Notes under the pieces: model-generated
Seen by the model: only the letters and a program-made list of their open reading frames with translations
Told to the model about the DNA's origin: nothing
Databases searched by the model: none
Translations under genes and position numbers: made by a program
Assembly (NCBI GenBank): GCA_951406725.2
Contig: OX597821.1
Coordinates: 65,224,001 to 65,288,000 of the forward strand
DNA length: 64,000 bases
Direction: 5' to 3'
From: Octopus vulgaris
Lineage: Eukaryota
Shown here: one piece after another, positions 1 to 13,455 of the stretch
Position numbering within the stretch: the stretch's first letter is position 1
Layout of the letters: each line of letters begins with the position of its first letter

Positions 1-235
1 ATCTTGTTTTTAACATTGAGCTCTGTTTTTAGTATTGATCTAACTCGTCTATAATATTCTTTTTTTATTTTCTCTTTCTTTGTGTGTGTTGTGTATTATC
101 TAGTTCATGAGTTCCTAAGTATTTGTAAGTTTGGCTTTGGTCTAATTCCTTTATTTCATTGGTTTTATCTAGTGTGATGTTGCTACTCTTAACTAGTTTT
201 CCTCTTTTCAGGGTTACGTTGGCGCATTTTTGTAA
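1..235 (-). mobile_element. Fragment of non-LTR retrotransposon RT C-terminal region, Dong/R4-like
   Basis: Translation CANVTLKRGKL...IKELDQSQTYKYLG..., continuing with a frameshift into KEYYRRVRSILKTELN, typical of RLE-clade RT domain 7 and thumb. Confidence 0.75.
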
Positions 236-1441
236 CCTACGAAGAAACAATAAAAAAAAACTGCCTCATCTTCGAACTCCTGAATCATGAAGTTGTATTC
301 CCCAATCTAGAATTACTTAAATATTTGATCCTTGAGAATTAGAAAATCTCACAGAATTACTGATCTTGGGCGAAGCTTGGATCTTTCAAAAACTCTTGAA
401 GTAGCTTAGAAATATTGTTTTTCAAAGTAGGTAATATTTTATAGAACACATATCTACACTATATTTTTTACCAGAATGGTAGTTTCTGCAATAAAGTTAA
501 CACATTCAACATTAAATGATTTATTACTTAAATCAACCGACCAGATTTATTAACTGCTATTACTCTTTTAAACATTACAACTTCCCTACTTCGTCAAAAT
601 ATCTCAAACTACACGGTAGTAACAATAGCCCTAAACATTTGGACTATGAGAAGTTTATACATTTCACAACATTAATTTAATACTTTAATTTTCGAATCAA
701 TATTTACCCCTATACTTATTATATTCATTTTATTTTGAAACTTGCTACTTAAACTTCCAACTAAACCTTTCTCCTGTTCATTAAGCTTCATTATATTTCT
801 GCTATTCTACTTAGCATTCCTCAACTTGTGCTAAACCACTTCGAATTTCCTTTCATACATAATTAAGATTATTCGCTACCTCCTTTTTCCAATTTTCTCT
901 GTTCACCATATCTAGCATAAGATTTAGCATACACTTTCTTACGCTACTGAATAACCTTTTACAACTTTATTTTAACCCAAATTGTGATATCTTATAATCT
1001 CCCATTATCTAACTTTTATTCCATTCTATTCATTTTCAAACAATTTCTTTCAAACTGATATCATTTTCATGTATGGCGTATATCACTTTATATTTCCATT
1101 CAAGTAACATTTACATTTCGTTCTTAAAAACAAATTGTAATTTACACACCTATATACATTATCAATTCGAAACACCTTGTAACTGCCAATATCATTTGAT
1201 AAGATACACGTTTTATTTTCACCTCTTTATACACATAACTAATTTTATTGCTTCTTTGTGCGAAAATTTAAAGCGACAATTCCATCAAATATTTTGATTT
1301 CTACATTGTCTGTAAAACATGTCTACGCACTTACACAAAGAAACGCTCACAAGAAAGACACATGTGAGTTTTCTTCTGCGCGTATATACATAGATAACTA
1401 TGTATGCATATATACATGTCTAAATACACATACACGCACTA

Positions 1442-1508
<67 letters not shown>

Positions 1509-1614
1509 ATATATGTGGTGCTTACACTACCAAATATGTTTTCACAAACAACATTTTCTGAAGAATATTGTTAATTGAACATTACTGTTTAACATTTTAT
1601 ACATTATAATATTC

Positions 1615-2196
1615 TGGGGGAGGGAGGCCAGTCGATTAGATCGACCCCAGTACGCGACTCGTACTTAATTTATCGACCCCGAAAGGATGAAAGGCAAAGT
1701 CGACCTCGGCGGAATTTGAATTAAGAACGTAAAGCCAGACGAAATACCTATTTCTTTACTACCCACAAGGGGCTAAACACAGAGAGGACAAACAAGGACA
1801 GACAAACGGATTAAATCGATTACATCGACCCCAGTGCGTAACTGGTACTTAATTTATCGACCCTGAAAGGATGAAAGGCAAAGTCGACCTTGGCAGAATT
1901 TGAACTCAGAACGTAATGGCAGACAAAATACGGCTACGCATTTCGCCCGGTGCGCTAACGTTTCTGATTTCTTTATTGCCCACAAAGGGCTAGACATAGA
2001 GGGGACAAACAAGAACAGACAAACGGATTAAGTCGATTATTTCGACTCCAGTACGTAAATGTTACTTTTTTAATCGACCTCGAAATGATGAAAGGCAAAG
2101 TCGGCCTCGGCGGAATTTGAACTCAGAACGTAGTGACAGACGAAATACTGCTGAGCATTTCGCCCGGTGTGCTAACATTTCTGCCAGGTCGCCGCC
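1615..2196 (-). mobile_element. Head-to-tail trimer of tRNA-derived SINE family S1
   Basis: Three consecutive units with the conserved body GTCGACTTTGCCTTTCATCCTTTCGGGGTCGATAAATTAAGTAC; pol III A-box-like (TGGCAGAA) and B-box-like (GTTCAAATTCC) head. Confidence 0.85.
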
Positions 2197-3297
2197 ATAT
2201 TTTATACACTATAATGCAGCATAATATGTTTAAAGCTTCATTCACCTGGACAAGTTCTACATTCCTATTAATTCTATCCTTGCAGTTCTTCACTCTGTTT
2301 TTTATTAAGATTCTTAAGATCCTTTTACAACGTCGGACTTTAGTCGGCCTGGGGTGCATAGTATAAGAATTTCCCCAAAGTGATGAAATTACATGACTGC
2401 TTGCGCAAAGAACGCTATTGTGGTCCTGTATATTTGCACGAGACTGATTTATGTGACTTCTTTTTTTTTTTTCGTGCTGATAAGTCTGGAAGGCCGTGTG
2501 ACCAAGTAGGAATCCCCTCTGTAAATTCTGGTGTTAAACTATTGTACAATATGGCGTCAAATACTATTTTAAACATGATGTGAAACTTTTTTGAGATGTT
2601 ACTCAGTTTCAATGGTTTTGCTTAATACTCTGTGTGTGTGTGTCAGTTTACAAACTGACACACATGAACGTGAGTGTGTGTGTGTCTGAGTGTGTTTTTA
2701 TGCGTGTGTGTATGTGAATATGTGTTTGTGTGTTTATGTGTGGGTGTATGTATGTGTGTATGTGTCTGTGTTCGAATGAATATGTGGCTGAATGCGTGAC
2801 TTTGTGTATGCACATGTGTGTTCCAATGTCTGTATCTATGTATGTGTTTGTATGCGTGTGTGTGTCTGAATGCGCGCGCATGTGTGTGTGTGTATGTGTG
2901 TGATATAAAATATAAGCGAGTATTTACGAACCTCGTTTCGCGGTTCTGAGTTCCTGGGTTCGCTCCCAAGCGCAGCAGAATCAGGCAGAACTCCCTTCTT
3001 CGAAAGCTTCGAGTCGACACAATGTTACGAGTGAAATCGGTTCAACTAACTTAGGCTGAAATTAATCGGACACCCTGCACTACGAACTGAACCTACAAAC
3101 CAAACGACCATCATGGTCACTCTCTCGCTATCCATCTCTCTTTTTCCATCTGTCTTTCTCCCTCTCTCCCCCCTCTCTCTCTCTCTCTCACACACACACA
3201 GACACACACATGCACACACATAGACAGTCACACAAACACACAAACACACAGACACATTGACAGTGCGACGTTGATTCTGTGTGAGGTTTATGTCATT

Positions 3298-3696
3298 TAT
3301 TTCTTTATTGCTCACAGGGAGCGAGACATAGAGGGGACAAACAAGGACAGACAAAGGAATTAAGTCGATTACATCGACCCCAGTGCGTAAATGGTACTTA
3401 GTTTATCGACTCCGATAGGATGAACGGCAAAGTCGACCTCGGCGAAATTTGAACTCAGAACGTAGCGGCAGACGAAATACCTATTTCTTTAGTACCCACA
3501 AGGGGCTAAACACAGAGAGGACAAACGGATTAAGTCGATTATCTCGACCCCAGTGCGTAACTGGTACTTATTTAATCGACCCCGAAAGGATGAAAGGCAA
3601 AGTCGACCTCGGCGTAATTGGAACTCAGAACGTAACGGCAGCCGAAATACGGCTAAGCATTTCGCCCGGCGTGCTAATGATTCTGCCAGCTAGCCG
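3298..3696 (-). mobile_element. Dimer of SINE S1
   Basis: Two units joined at GAAATACCTATTTC (about 3474-3487); same body as 1615-2196. Confidence 0.85.
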
Positions 3697-4723
3697 TTTA
3701 TGTTATTGATTTGGAATACTCAGTCATTCATTGTTATACAGTGTGTGGGTTGTAAACTTGGTCGAACGATAGTCATACGCATACTCAAGGACTCTTGATA
3801 TTTGTTCATTTATTTACCTATATCTATTTATTTATCTATTGTGTGTGTGTCTGTGTGTTTTTTAGTGTCTCTCTGTGTATGTGTTTCCATTGGTAAGCAT
3901 TTAGCAATGAAGCCTAATCTCATGTCACTTTACTATTATTATGGCTGTTACTCGATATAAAAGCAATAGTTTACAACTTCAGAAAATGCCACACAAAGAC
4001 ACACATTCCGAAGGACCGAAAACAAAACAGAAAACATAGAATTTATTTTTGTCCCATCAGAAACCTGCTGAACGAACTTATAGACAAGTATTGGATAACA
4101 AGATCTTGGCGCTTAAAAGACAATTAAAACATGTATTCGTTCGAGTTTGATTGGCATCACGTTGTATCAAGTACGTTGGTTAAGCTTTATCTTTACGTCT
4201 GTCTGGGCGTTTACAAGAAGCCGTATGTTGTAAAGAAATTAAGAAAAATGCAGGAGAGAGGAGAAATAATTATATTGCTTAGGGTGGATAACATTTACCT
4301 ATTTTGTGCTGTTGTTGTTTTTCTCTTGCTTCATTTCTCACTGTTTGTTTGTTTTCTGCCTTGATAAGAACAACTAGATGCAGACATTCCCAGATAGGTT
4401 TACAAACTCAGTGTTTTACATGTCAAAGGAAAATAAACTGTAGTGTAATTATCGCCCAAATATTTTCCCACATAAATAACTTTAGAAAGTGTTTGGGCGT
4501 GATGTACAGGTGATGTAGCTAAGATAGGGAATGTTGTCTTTTGACGAAGTCTCCTTCAGTGATACAAATATCACACCACATACGTCGATTTCAAATTTTG
4601 ACGCAAGGATTGCAGTTTTCAGGGAGGGGGTGAGTAGATTACATCTACCCCATAATTTCACTGGTACTTTATCGACACCGAAAGGATGAAAGATAAATGC
4701 GACTTCAGCGGTATATGAACTCA

Positions 4724-4957
4724 ATCGTTGGCGAGCTGGCAGAATCGTTAGCGCGCCGGACGAAATGCGTAGCCGTATTTCATCTGCCGTTACGTTCTGA
4801 GTTCAAATTCCGCCGAGGTCGACTTTGCCTTTCATCCTTTGGGGATCGATTAATTAAGTAACAGTTACGCACTAGAGTCGATGTAATCGACTTAATCCGT
4901 TTGTCTGCCCTTGTTTGTCCCCTCTGTGTTTAGCCCCTTGTGGGTTGTAAAGAAATA
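4724..4957 (+). mobile_element. Young full-length SINE S1 inserted into an older antisense S1 copy
   Basis: Complete head, body and tail; 14-bp TSD GGTATATGAACTCA at 4710-4723 and 4958-4971; host copy spans about 4597-5040. Confidence 0.9.
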
Positions 4958-5628
4958 GGTATATGAACTCAGAATATAAGGAGTTGGGGACAAAAATGCT
5001 GTTAGGCATTTTGTCCGACTCGTTAACGACTCGGCCAACGCATTCGAAACACAAGTTATAGCAATTTTACTAAGCATCTCATCAACCCATGCAAACATGC
5101 ACACCTAAATATCTCAATGTGGCTGAACATTTCAGGGCCTCCCAATATCTGTATATCTCTCTGAATGCAATATTATTAGTATAACATTGGTAAAAAATAG
5201 CAGTATAGCCAGGTTTTGTACAGGATTAAGTTAGGATTATCAAGCTAATCAAGTTCTTTATTTCAAACCAAAGTAAGTAACACCGACGTCAAATTTGGGC
5301 GAAATACGTTGGCTGAAAATGAGTTGCAGACAACTTGATTGGATAATACCATAAGGAATCGGTTTATCGATTTTTCCCACTCATCGATTTTTCTTTTTTT
5401 CGTTTTTTGGAGAACTTAAAGCATTCAAAGATCCCATGAGTCCTAAGTAATGCTGGCATCAAGTTTGAACCAAATACATCAAATTTGGTAAAAGTGTCAG
5501 TGTGTGTGTGTTTGCGTGTGTGTATATATATATATACATACACATATACACGTATGTATACATATATCTGTGTCTATCTAACTATCTATCTTTCTCACTA
5601 TATTATATATATATATATATATTATATA

Positions 5629-5683
<55 letters not shown>

Positions 5684-6824
5684 AAAATATTAGGGAGTAA
5701 ATCCAAACTTACAATTTAATATAATATATATGTATGTATATATATATATATACTTATATGCATATTTACATGCAAAATCATACTCACGCTTATATACATA
5801 TGCATACATATATATATATGTGTGTGTGTATTTATATTTATATTTATATTTATGCATATTTGTATATGTATGCATGTAAGTATGTATGTGTATTTACATG
5901 ATGTATAGTGTGTTTGCACGTGTTTATATAAGGAGTGATAAATCATAATACAGATTAAGTGAACATATTAAAATTGGCTTCTGCACAGTTTGTTTCACAG
6001 TCAATTGAAAACAATCAATTGAATAATGCATCAATCGATGCATTATTCACCAAGGAAAATATATATCTTTAACAAACTAACCATAGAATAAAACACTAGC
6101 TATAAGCTACGTTAAATAAGCTTTAACATCTTTCTATCTCTTTATATTTTTGATTAGTTACAATTTGGTTAAGCTATATTTTGGAACAGCAGGAGTTAAC
6201 TTTAATAGGAATCTTAATTTCGAATTATCATTTCAAATGTAAGCTTGCACGTGCTCTAAAGCGCAATCATTATAGTACAGTATTTTGTTTGAGAGTTTGG
6301 ATTTTTTTTTTGTTCCTGAATGCTCTGTAGTACCACAATTTTGTGAGAAACAAAACACTACTCTATAGCTTTTCTAGGATCATTGAAAAAGCCAAGATAA
6401 ACTTCCGAAAGCAATAAGGAAAGCAACATGATGGTCTTGACTTCAGCGAAGTTGAAACAAGTACATTTCTAACATATTAAGCGCGCTCGGTTTTGCCCAT
6501 TGGAAAGAAGTAGTACCAGACCAGGCATCAAAGTGAAACCAGACCACACACAACAATCCATATGCACGATCCATGAGTAGCCTTAACGTGGTCACAAGAT
6601 GTGCTGGAAATAATTCCAAAATTTCTTCCAACCACGCTCGTAAACAACGAAGGACGCATTCAATGATGTAAACCCATAATCACGTTAATCTGAAAAATAA
6701 ATAGGGTTAACGCAGAGAGGACTTCTTCGAACAGCAACAAGCACGGGCAAAACCGATGTCCGTGTGAACAAAATTAAGAAGATTGCAAAGGGTAATTTCC
6801 ACATGTAAATGTATATATTATATC

Positions 6825-7228
6825 TTATTTACTCTCTCTTATTTATTTCAGTCATTTGACTGTAGCCATGTTGGAGCACCGCCTTTAGTCGAGCAAATCG
6901 ACCCCAGGACATATTTATTTTTTGGATGCCTGATACTTATTCTATCGGTATCTTTTGCCGAACCGCTAAGTTACAAGGACGTAAAGACAGCACCATCCGT
7001 TGTCCAGCGATGTTGGAGGGACAAACGCAGACACACAAACAAACACACACACACGCGCGCGCGCATATATATACGTATATACTACTGGCTTATTTCAGTT
7101 TCCGTCTACTAAATCCACTCACAAAGCTTTGGTCGACCCGAGGCTCTAGTAGAAGACACTTGCCCAAGGTGCCACGCAATGGGACTGAACCCGGAACTAT
7201 GTGGTTGGTAAGGAAGCTACTTGCCACA
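6825..7228 (-). mobile_element. tRNA-derived CORE-like SINE family S2 with internal microsatellite
   Basis: B-box GGTTCAGTCCC followed by CORE-like ACCTTGGGCAAGT; internal (TA)/(TG) tract; tail ...ATGACTGAAA... Confidence 0.85.
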
Positions 7229-7233
7229 TCTCT

Positions 7234-7316
<83 letters not shown>

Positions 7317-7479
7317 CCGTATCAGTATATGAAAATATGCTTGCTTGCGGCTCTAAGGGGTTTTAACTCTTATTTCTAGTAATATGGGTGCCAGTGGCCT
7401 CCCTCAATCACAATTAGTGACAATTGATTTTTTTCTTTTTGATTTCACGTTGCGTATAGCTGCCTTTCTTATTACACAT

Positions 7480-7514
<35 letters not shown>

Positions 7515-9485
7515 CGCACACACACACATATATATGTGAGTGTACATTATAGGTGTGGATGGGGAAGGAAATTAGTTGAGCAAAACTGTTCCTTGCAAAT
7601 ATCTATATTCCCATCCGAGTCATCTCCCGTTACATCATGGCCCACTGCTTTTTATCCATCACAACATCGATATATATTAGTCAAAATACTGCATTCGATA
7701 TAATCGGCTAAAATGCTTCCAGTTGTGCCCCAGCATGGCCACAGGTTATTGACTGATATCAAATAAAGCATAATAGAACAGAATTGATGCAGCAATTAAA
7801 TGTTTCCCAAGACACTCTATTCCACTTTTCATTGAAATTCTAAACGGTGACAAGAAAATCACTTGAATTAATCGTAATTAGAAAATTCCCAATGTACAGT
7901 AGAATTAAACCTACTGTTTAAATGCTTTCAAAATCCACATCTATCTATTACTCAGCTAACTCTCACAGTACATTAGACATAGGTGCATGATCAAACACAA
8001 AATCAATTAAGCGCTATTGATATATTTTTGATTTCCTTCCAAATATAGTCATCAGAACTGCGTCCATCATAACTTTCACAATAACAGCTGTGGCGGTGAT
8101 CGAAACTTTGAAGAAGAAGCGATCGAAGATTCAACTCCAACAGTTTGTTCTGAATCATAATTGAAACATATATAATTAAATTATTTTCACTATGTGTTTT
8201 CTATAGTTTCGTACGAACTTTTCACTTGCACCATTGGGTGCAACTTTATTGTTGTTGTTGTTATTAGTTATTCATCTCCTAATCAACTTTACTTCGGCTG
8301 TCCTTCGATCAAAGACGTTCCGCAGATGACCATTCCATCTATATTTTAGGTTCCTTCTTTTTCACTTTTTTTTCTCTTTTTTCAGTTTTAGTGCACTCCG
8401 AGTTACAGCATCTGATGTGTTCTTTTTCTTGAGACACCAGTCAGGTTGCGGTTTGAAGAGAAACTGTATCGTTTTTACCAGATCAAACGTCCATATAAGG
8501 TTTCCTTTCTTTTGTTGATGTTTATCTCCACCTCAATGCTGACCGAGCGAACCTGTGATTAAAGATACTCCAATCTTTTCGTCTCTGTGCAAAGAACCTA
8601 CGATTATATTATCCAGAATATTTTCCTTTAAAACGGTAAGATGTGATTTAGAGAGATTTGGTTGCTATTTCTAGCAGATCGAAAGACTAAACGGAGGCTC
8701 CCTCCTTGGCTCCTCTTATTGTGCTCTGAAAGTGTGTTAAATATTGATTGTAAGAAGAGTGAATTACATTGAAGTTTGTGCTATGCAGTGGGAAGTGAGG
8801 GATGAGGGAGTTCCGGTTCCTGTGTTATTTTAGTGTTTCTTTTAGTATGAGTTTTGGTGCTATTTCTATCATTAAGACATTTGTAGTGAAAACTTCATAG
8901 CATTAAGAAATAATTATAGGAAATATGCTGCCTGTGGTTTTTATCCCATTGTATTTGAAGTATCTTGATGGTATCCAATAGGACTACACGTTCCACTTGT
9001 TTGATCCATGTGCTATCGATTATAATTTCGTGGATGATGAAGTCCAGTCGTGCTCAGAGACTGACACATTTACAAAGATTATTCGTCGACCGCAACTACG
9101 AATACGATGGTGAACAGATGAGTGACCTATCTCTCAACTTTTCGTGGTTTTGACCAAACTGCAATCCTGCATCTATCGCAAGCCAAAACGAGGCGCTTAG
9201 TATCTGAATTTTGTCAGGTAGATATTGCATTCCGTTAGATGGGCAATAAGGCCTGCGAAAAGTTAAGTGTAGCGTTCTATAGAGGATTAGTGGAGGATGT
9301 GAACGATTCTAAGCATCAACGGGGAGAGAGTAATCTCGTCTGATGAGCCTTCAAGTTGGGGATTATGGGTAATTTCCGAAAACACTGGCAGTTCTAGAGA
9401 TAGTCCTCACCTGTTCGAAATGAACTATATGGATATGACCGTATTTGTAGGACTGAGTAAGTCACATAAAAAAATATATTAAATA

Positions 9486-10121
9486 CTAGCAGTATCGCCC
9501 GGCGTTGCTCGGGTTTGTAAGGGAAATAACTATATAAGCATTTTTAGAGAGTTATAGCCAAAAAATAGCAAAAAATGCATTAAAAATGGAAAAAATATGA
9601 TGGTAAATTTTTTTAAAAATCGTTGACTCATCGTAGACATTTTTAGAGAGTTACTTCCCTTATATAATAGCGAAAAATGCATTAAAATGGAAAAAAAACG
9701 ATGGTAAATTTTTTTTTAAATCGTAGACTCATGTAGACGCTTTCTTAGCCATTTCTGTTTTGGTGTCTTCAAGCCATGAAGTCGTTGTTCTAAAAGAACA
9801 CTGGTCTCCTTGACAACGCATTACGACGTTGATTTCCTTACACTCCCTTCCCCACAGGTGCAGGTGTGAGCGTGGACGCCAACTCCGCCGCCATCGACAC
9901 ACGAAAAATTATGCATTAAAATGGAATAAAAAATGATGTTAAATTATTTTTAAAATCGTAAACTCATCGTAGACGCGCGCTAATATTCAGACGGGCTCGA
10001 TATGAACCACGACTATAAGCTACCCGAATTTGGTTAAACTGTACCGCAAAATGTGGGAGTAGTTAGGAATCTAAATCGAAGGGGACAGACACTCACACAA
10101 CTACAGTTTTATATATATAGA
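9486..10121 (-). mobile_element. Non-autonomous Helitron
   Basis: On the minus strand starts A|TCTATATATATAAAA and ends with hairpin CCCGAGCAACGCCGGG then CTAG|T; inserted between A and T; internal ~60-bp subrepeats; second copy at 38905. Confidence 0.9.
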
Positions 10122-10134
10122 TATACATAGCGCA

Positions 10135-10500
10135 GTAGTGGTGAGATATGACAGCAAAGAAAAGCATACATTCACTCTCTGCATGCAATTAGACTCGGAA
10201 AGTTCGTGAGGAACCCATTGACCCAATTTGCTGACTTTTCCGATAGCACACAGGTGTCAATGAATGGTTGAATGACCAAATCCAAGCTTCTCTGCTAGTT
10301 CCTCAACAGTTACGATGATATTTTGTTCCACCAGGGTTTTCAGGATGTCCTTGTCGAGTTCTATAGATCTTTCAGGATGAGGCTCGTCTTCTAGGCTGTA
10401 GTTTATGGCTCGGGATTTCTGGAACCACCATTGACACTGCCTTACGCTTATTGTCCAATCCCCATATACTGCATTAATATTTCTTGTACTTTGCACACAT
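10135..10500 (-). pseudogene. Mariner transposase N-terminal fragment (HTH region to WVPHEL)
   Basis: RNINAVYGDWTISVRQCQWWFQK...SLEDEPHPER...TVEELAEKLGFGHSTIH*HLCAIGKVSKLGQWVPHEL, with an in-frame stop. Confidence 0.9.
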
Positions 10501-10556
10501 TTATATTCTGTTATTCTTTTATATGTTTCAGCCTTGAGGTTGTGGCCATGCTGGAT

Positions 10557-10594
<38 letters not shown>

Positions 10595-10715
10595 TATCTG
10601 GCTGTCTGTCTGTATGTATATATGTATATGTATGTGTGTGAACAATAATATTTTCAACAGATGTGTTGCAAATGTATCTGATTGTTCTCAAGCTTCAATA
10701 CTGTGTGTGTGTGTA

Positions 10716-10748
<33 letters not shown>

Positions 10749-10835
10749 ATGTATGTATGTATGTATGTATATGTATGTATGTATGTATGTATGTGTGTAT
10801 GTATGTATGTGTGTGTGTATGTATGTGTGTGTGTA

Positions 10836-10870
<35 letters not shown>

Positions 10871-11149
10871 ATGTATGTATGTATGAGTGTATGTTTACTT
10901 TATTACTAATTACTCTCTTCCAAGAACATTTTCACTCACTCTTAGCTCTTAGCTTCCCATACATTTTACTCATATATCTATCAGCGTCATAGACAGAATA
11001 CTTTCACTTTAGTCTTCCTCAAATCACTCTGTCGCTATTTACTTTCATTTTATTCGTTGCCCACTGTGTGTGTGCGTTTGCGTGTGGTGTAAACCAGACT
11101 AAGAAAAGCATTTGACACACACACCAGAATGTGAGTTTTCTGTAAATTT

Positions 11150-11309
11150 TGCTTAATTGGAGTTTAAATTTTAAAAACTGGACCTGGCATGACGCGATGC
11201 ATTGTACTCTCAAAAATGCCAGGTAAATTGTAATTGAAGAAATCCTATATTGTAGATTTGTATAACTCCCAAAGGGAGGCAGATAAAATCTGCCTTTTAT
11301 AATAAGAGA
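11150..11309 (-). mobile_element. Probable Helitron 5' end fragment
   Basis: Minus strand begins A|TCTCTTATTATAAAAG, like the other Helitron starts here; 3' end not found, left boundary approximate. Confidence 0.45.
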
Positions 11310-11479
11310 TCTACCAGAAAATCATGTTCAAAAAATTTTAAATCAGAAGATTAAGGATGGAAAAAATTATATAGTGTCGAACCTATCGTGGATGCGGGAG
11401 ATATAGTATGCATAAAGAGAGGATCCACTGATGCCTTGGATGAGCTTCACTAGAGGTGGGTATTAACTGACTATATCCG

Positions 11480-11925
11480 ATGAGGTCTAGTCTTTGTAGC
11501 TGTGGTGGTTTGTAAGCCTTAATGATCCTAAGACCTATGCCAGTGGAGTACAAGGTCCTAGAAGGGTCTCGCATAAAGAACAAGCCAAACGCTCGAGGCC
11601 AGACTTGTATGGACCATCTCTTCCCAGAAATATTTGGCTTTGCAAAACTTATACCTAGAAAGAAAGCAAAGTTACTGGAGTATCGATTACAATTCGGGTG
11701 CCAACAAAACCTGGAAGAGGGCGGACTTCTACCCAGGGAAGCGTTTGACATGGTGCAGCAAAGTCCGGAAGGACACCCTACAAACAGCTGGCGATGGGGT
11801 AGTGGGGCAGAGCTGAAAAACCAGAAAACGAACTGGAGAGAAGTAGAAAAGACAGTCCGGAGTCGAGTGCAGTGGGGAAAAGTAACAGATGGCCTATGAT
11901 CCTTATGGATCGAAGGGCTTAAGAT
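11480..11925 (+). mobile_element. Internally deleted RTE-clade derivative (5'UTR-like segment plus 3' end)
   Basis: 3' part translates GHPTNSWRW...TNWREVEKTVRSRVQWGKVTDGL, an RTE ORF end; 5' part resembles Expander/RTE 5'UTR (GTGGTGGTTTG...AATGATCCTAAGACCTATG...AGGGTCTC...GGCCAGAC). Confidence 0.6.
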
Positions 11926-13345
11926 ATCTCACGGGTAGAATAAACAGAAAGAGAAAACAGAGAGAATTTGAGAAATGGCGTGAATATGTTGGGGTTTACG
12001 CGTTTGTCGATCATTCGAATAGATCTCTTTTGGGTGTGATCTGTAGCAACAGTATAGAATCAGATATATGCGAAGTATTCGGTTGTGGGTTTCACTTCAA
12101 TTTTGAGTAAACGGTATCTGTTTGCAGCAGAAGTTTTTTATGTAAAATAAAATGGAACATTTTAGAAATGTCTGATTTTTCAACCGACACCCTTTCTTAA
12201 TTAGGAAATATTTGTTTTGTATTTGCCTGTTTACAGAAATCTTATTCTTGAAATAGAACACAAAGATAAAAGCTGCCTTTTACCGAATCATGCCAACTCT
12301 CATCTTTTGGATATCTAGAACTATATAATTATCCAACAGAATCTTATATTGGTGTCTTTATCAACACGCCAATATCAGATTTGAGGGCGATTAGGTTTCT
12401 ATTTTTAACAGTTTGAATCACCATATTCACCTTTTCTCTGAGCTGCAAAACGGGTGTTTAACAGTCTTAATTGATTCAGCATATATATCAGGACAAGGAA
12501 TTGACGTCATAAGAATTTATAAGCCTTGGAGAGGACGTGGAATAATTCTTCTTTTCGAATTTGTTTTCGAGGTATATATAAAGCTAAAACTAAGAGCATG
12601 TAAATAGTGAATTTAAAGCCCTTTGGGACAGAGAAAGCCGAAGGCTGCCGTTGGTCACAAACCCACATCTGAAGACATGATAGGTAGAACGCCTGTCGTG
12701 TTTATAGTAGATGTGCGTTCGACTTCTACGAATAACCATCGATTTTCCCCAAAGGGTTTTTCAAACTAATTGTATTTAATTGCTATCATTTCTATATTCA
12801 TAAAGACTGCGAGCTGTTAGAATCTTTAGCAAGCCGGCCGACATGCTTAGCGGCATTTCATCTGTGCCGCCGAAGATGACTTTGCCTTTCATCCTTTCGA
12901 AATCGATAAAATAAGTACAAGTGGAATATTGGGGTCAAGGCAATCGACCAAACCCTTTCCCTAACTTGTTGGCCTTCTGCCAAATGTTACAATCATTATT
13001 TTAAAACTTTATATACAATTTCAGCCGTGACCTTCCAGCCTTTTTTAAGGATATTTAGGTATGCATTATCCATTCTGTCCTTCATCATTTTAAGCCGATG
13101 GAGTATGATGTTAGCAACATTTGGCTGCTATTTCCACCATGTCAAATAACCATGTAGTGGCTCCACAACAGAAACGTTAGAAAGAGTGTTTCATTGACCT
13201 GCTGTTCTACGTTCAGCAAACATGGAGTTTTGGCCAGTGATTTGTAAGGTTCTGCTACTCTCACCTGATCGTAACTAAGGACTTGAATGTACAAACACAT
13301 ATGTCTATATGTGTACAAACACAAAAGACAACATACTGTCACACA

Positions 13346-13455
13346 TATACATACATACATACATACATACATACATACATACATACATACATACATACAT
13401 ACATACATACATACATACATACATACATACATACATACATACATACATACATACA
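13346..13455. repeat. (TACA)n microsatellite
   Basis: Perfect tandem tetranucleotide abutting the RTE 3' tail. Confidence 0.95.

Noticed and set aside
1615-2196. Regularly recurring repeats as a CRISPR-like array
   Set aside because: Units are whole SINE bodies without unique spacers, in eukaryotic context
10431-10992. Long ORFs such as MYVCMYVC and YIYIYI, here and across the window
   Set aside because: Translations of di- and tetranucleotide microsatellites
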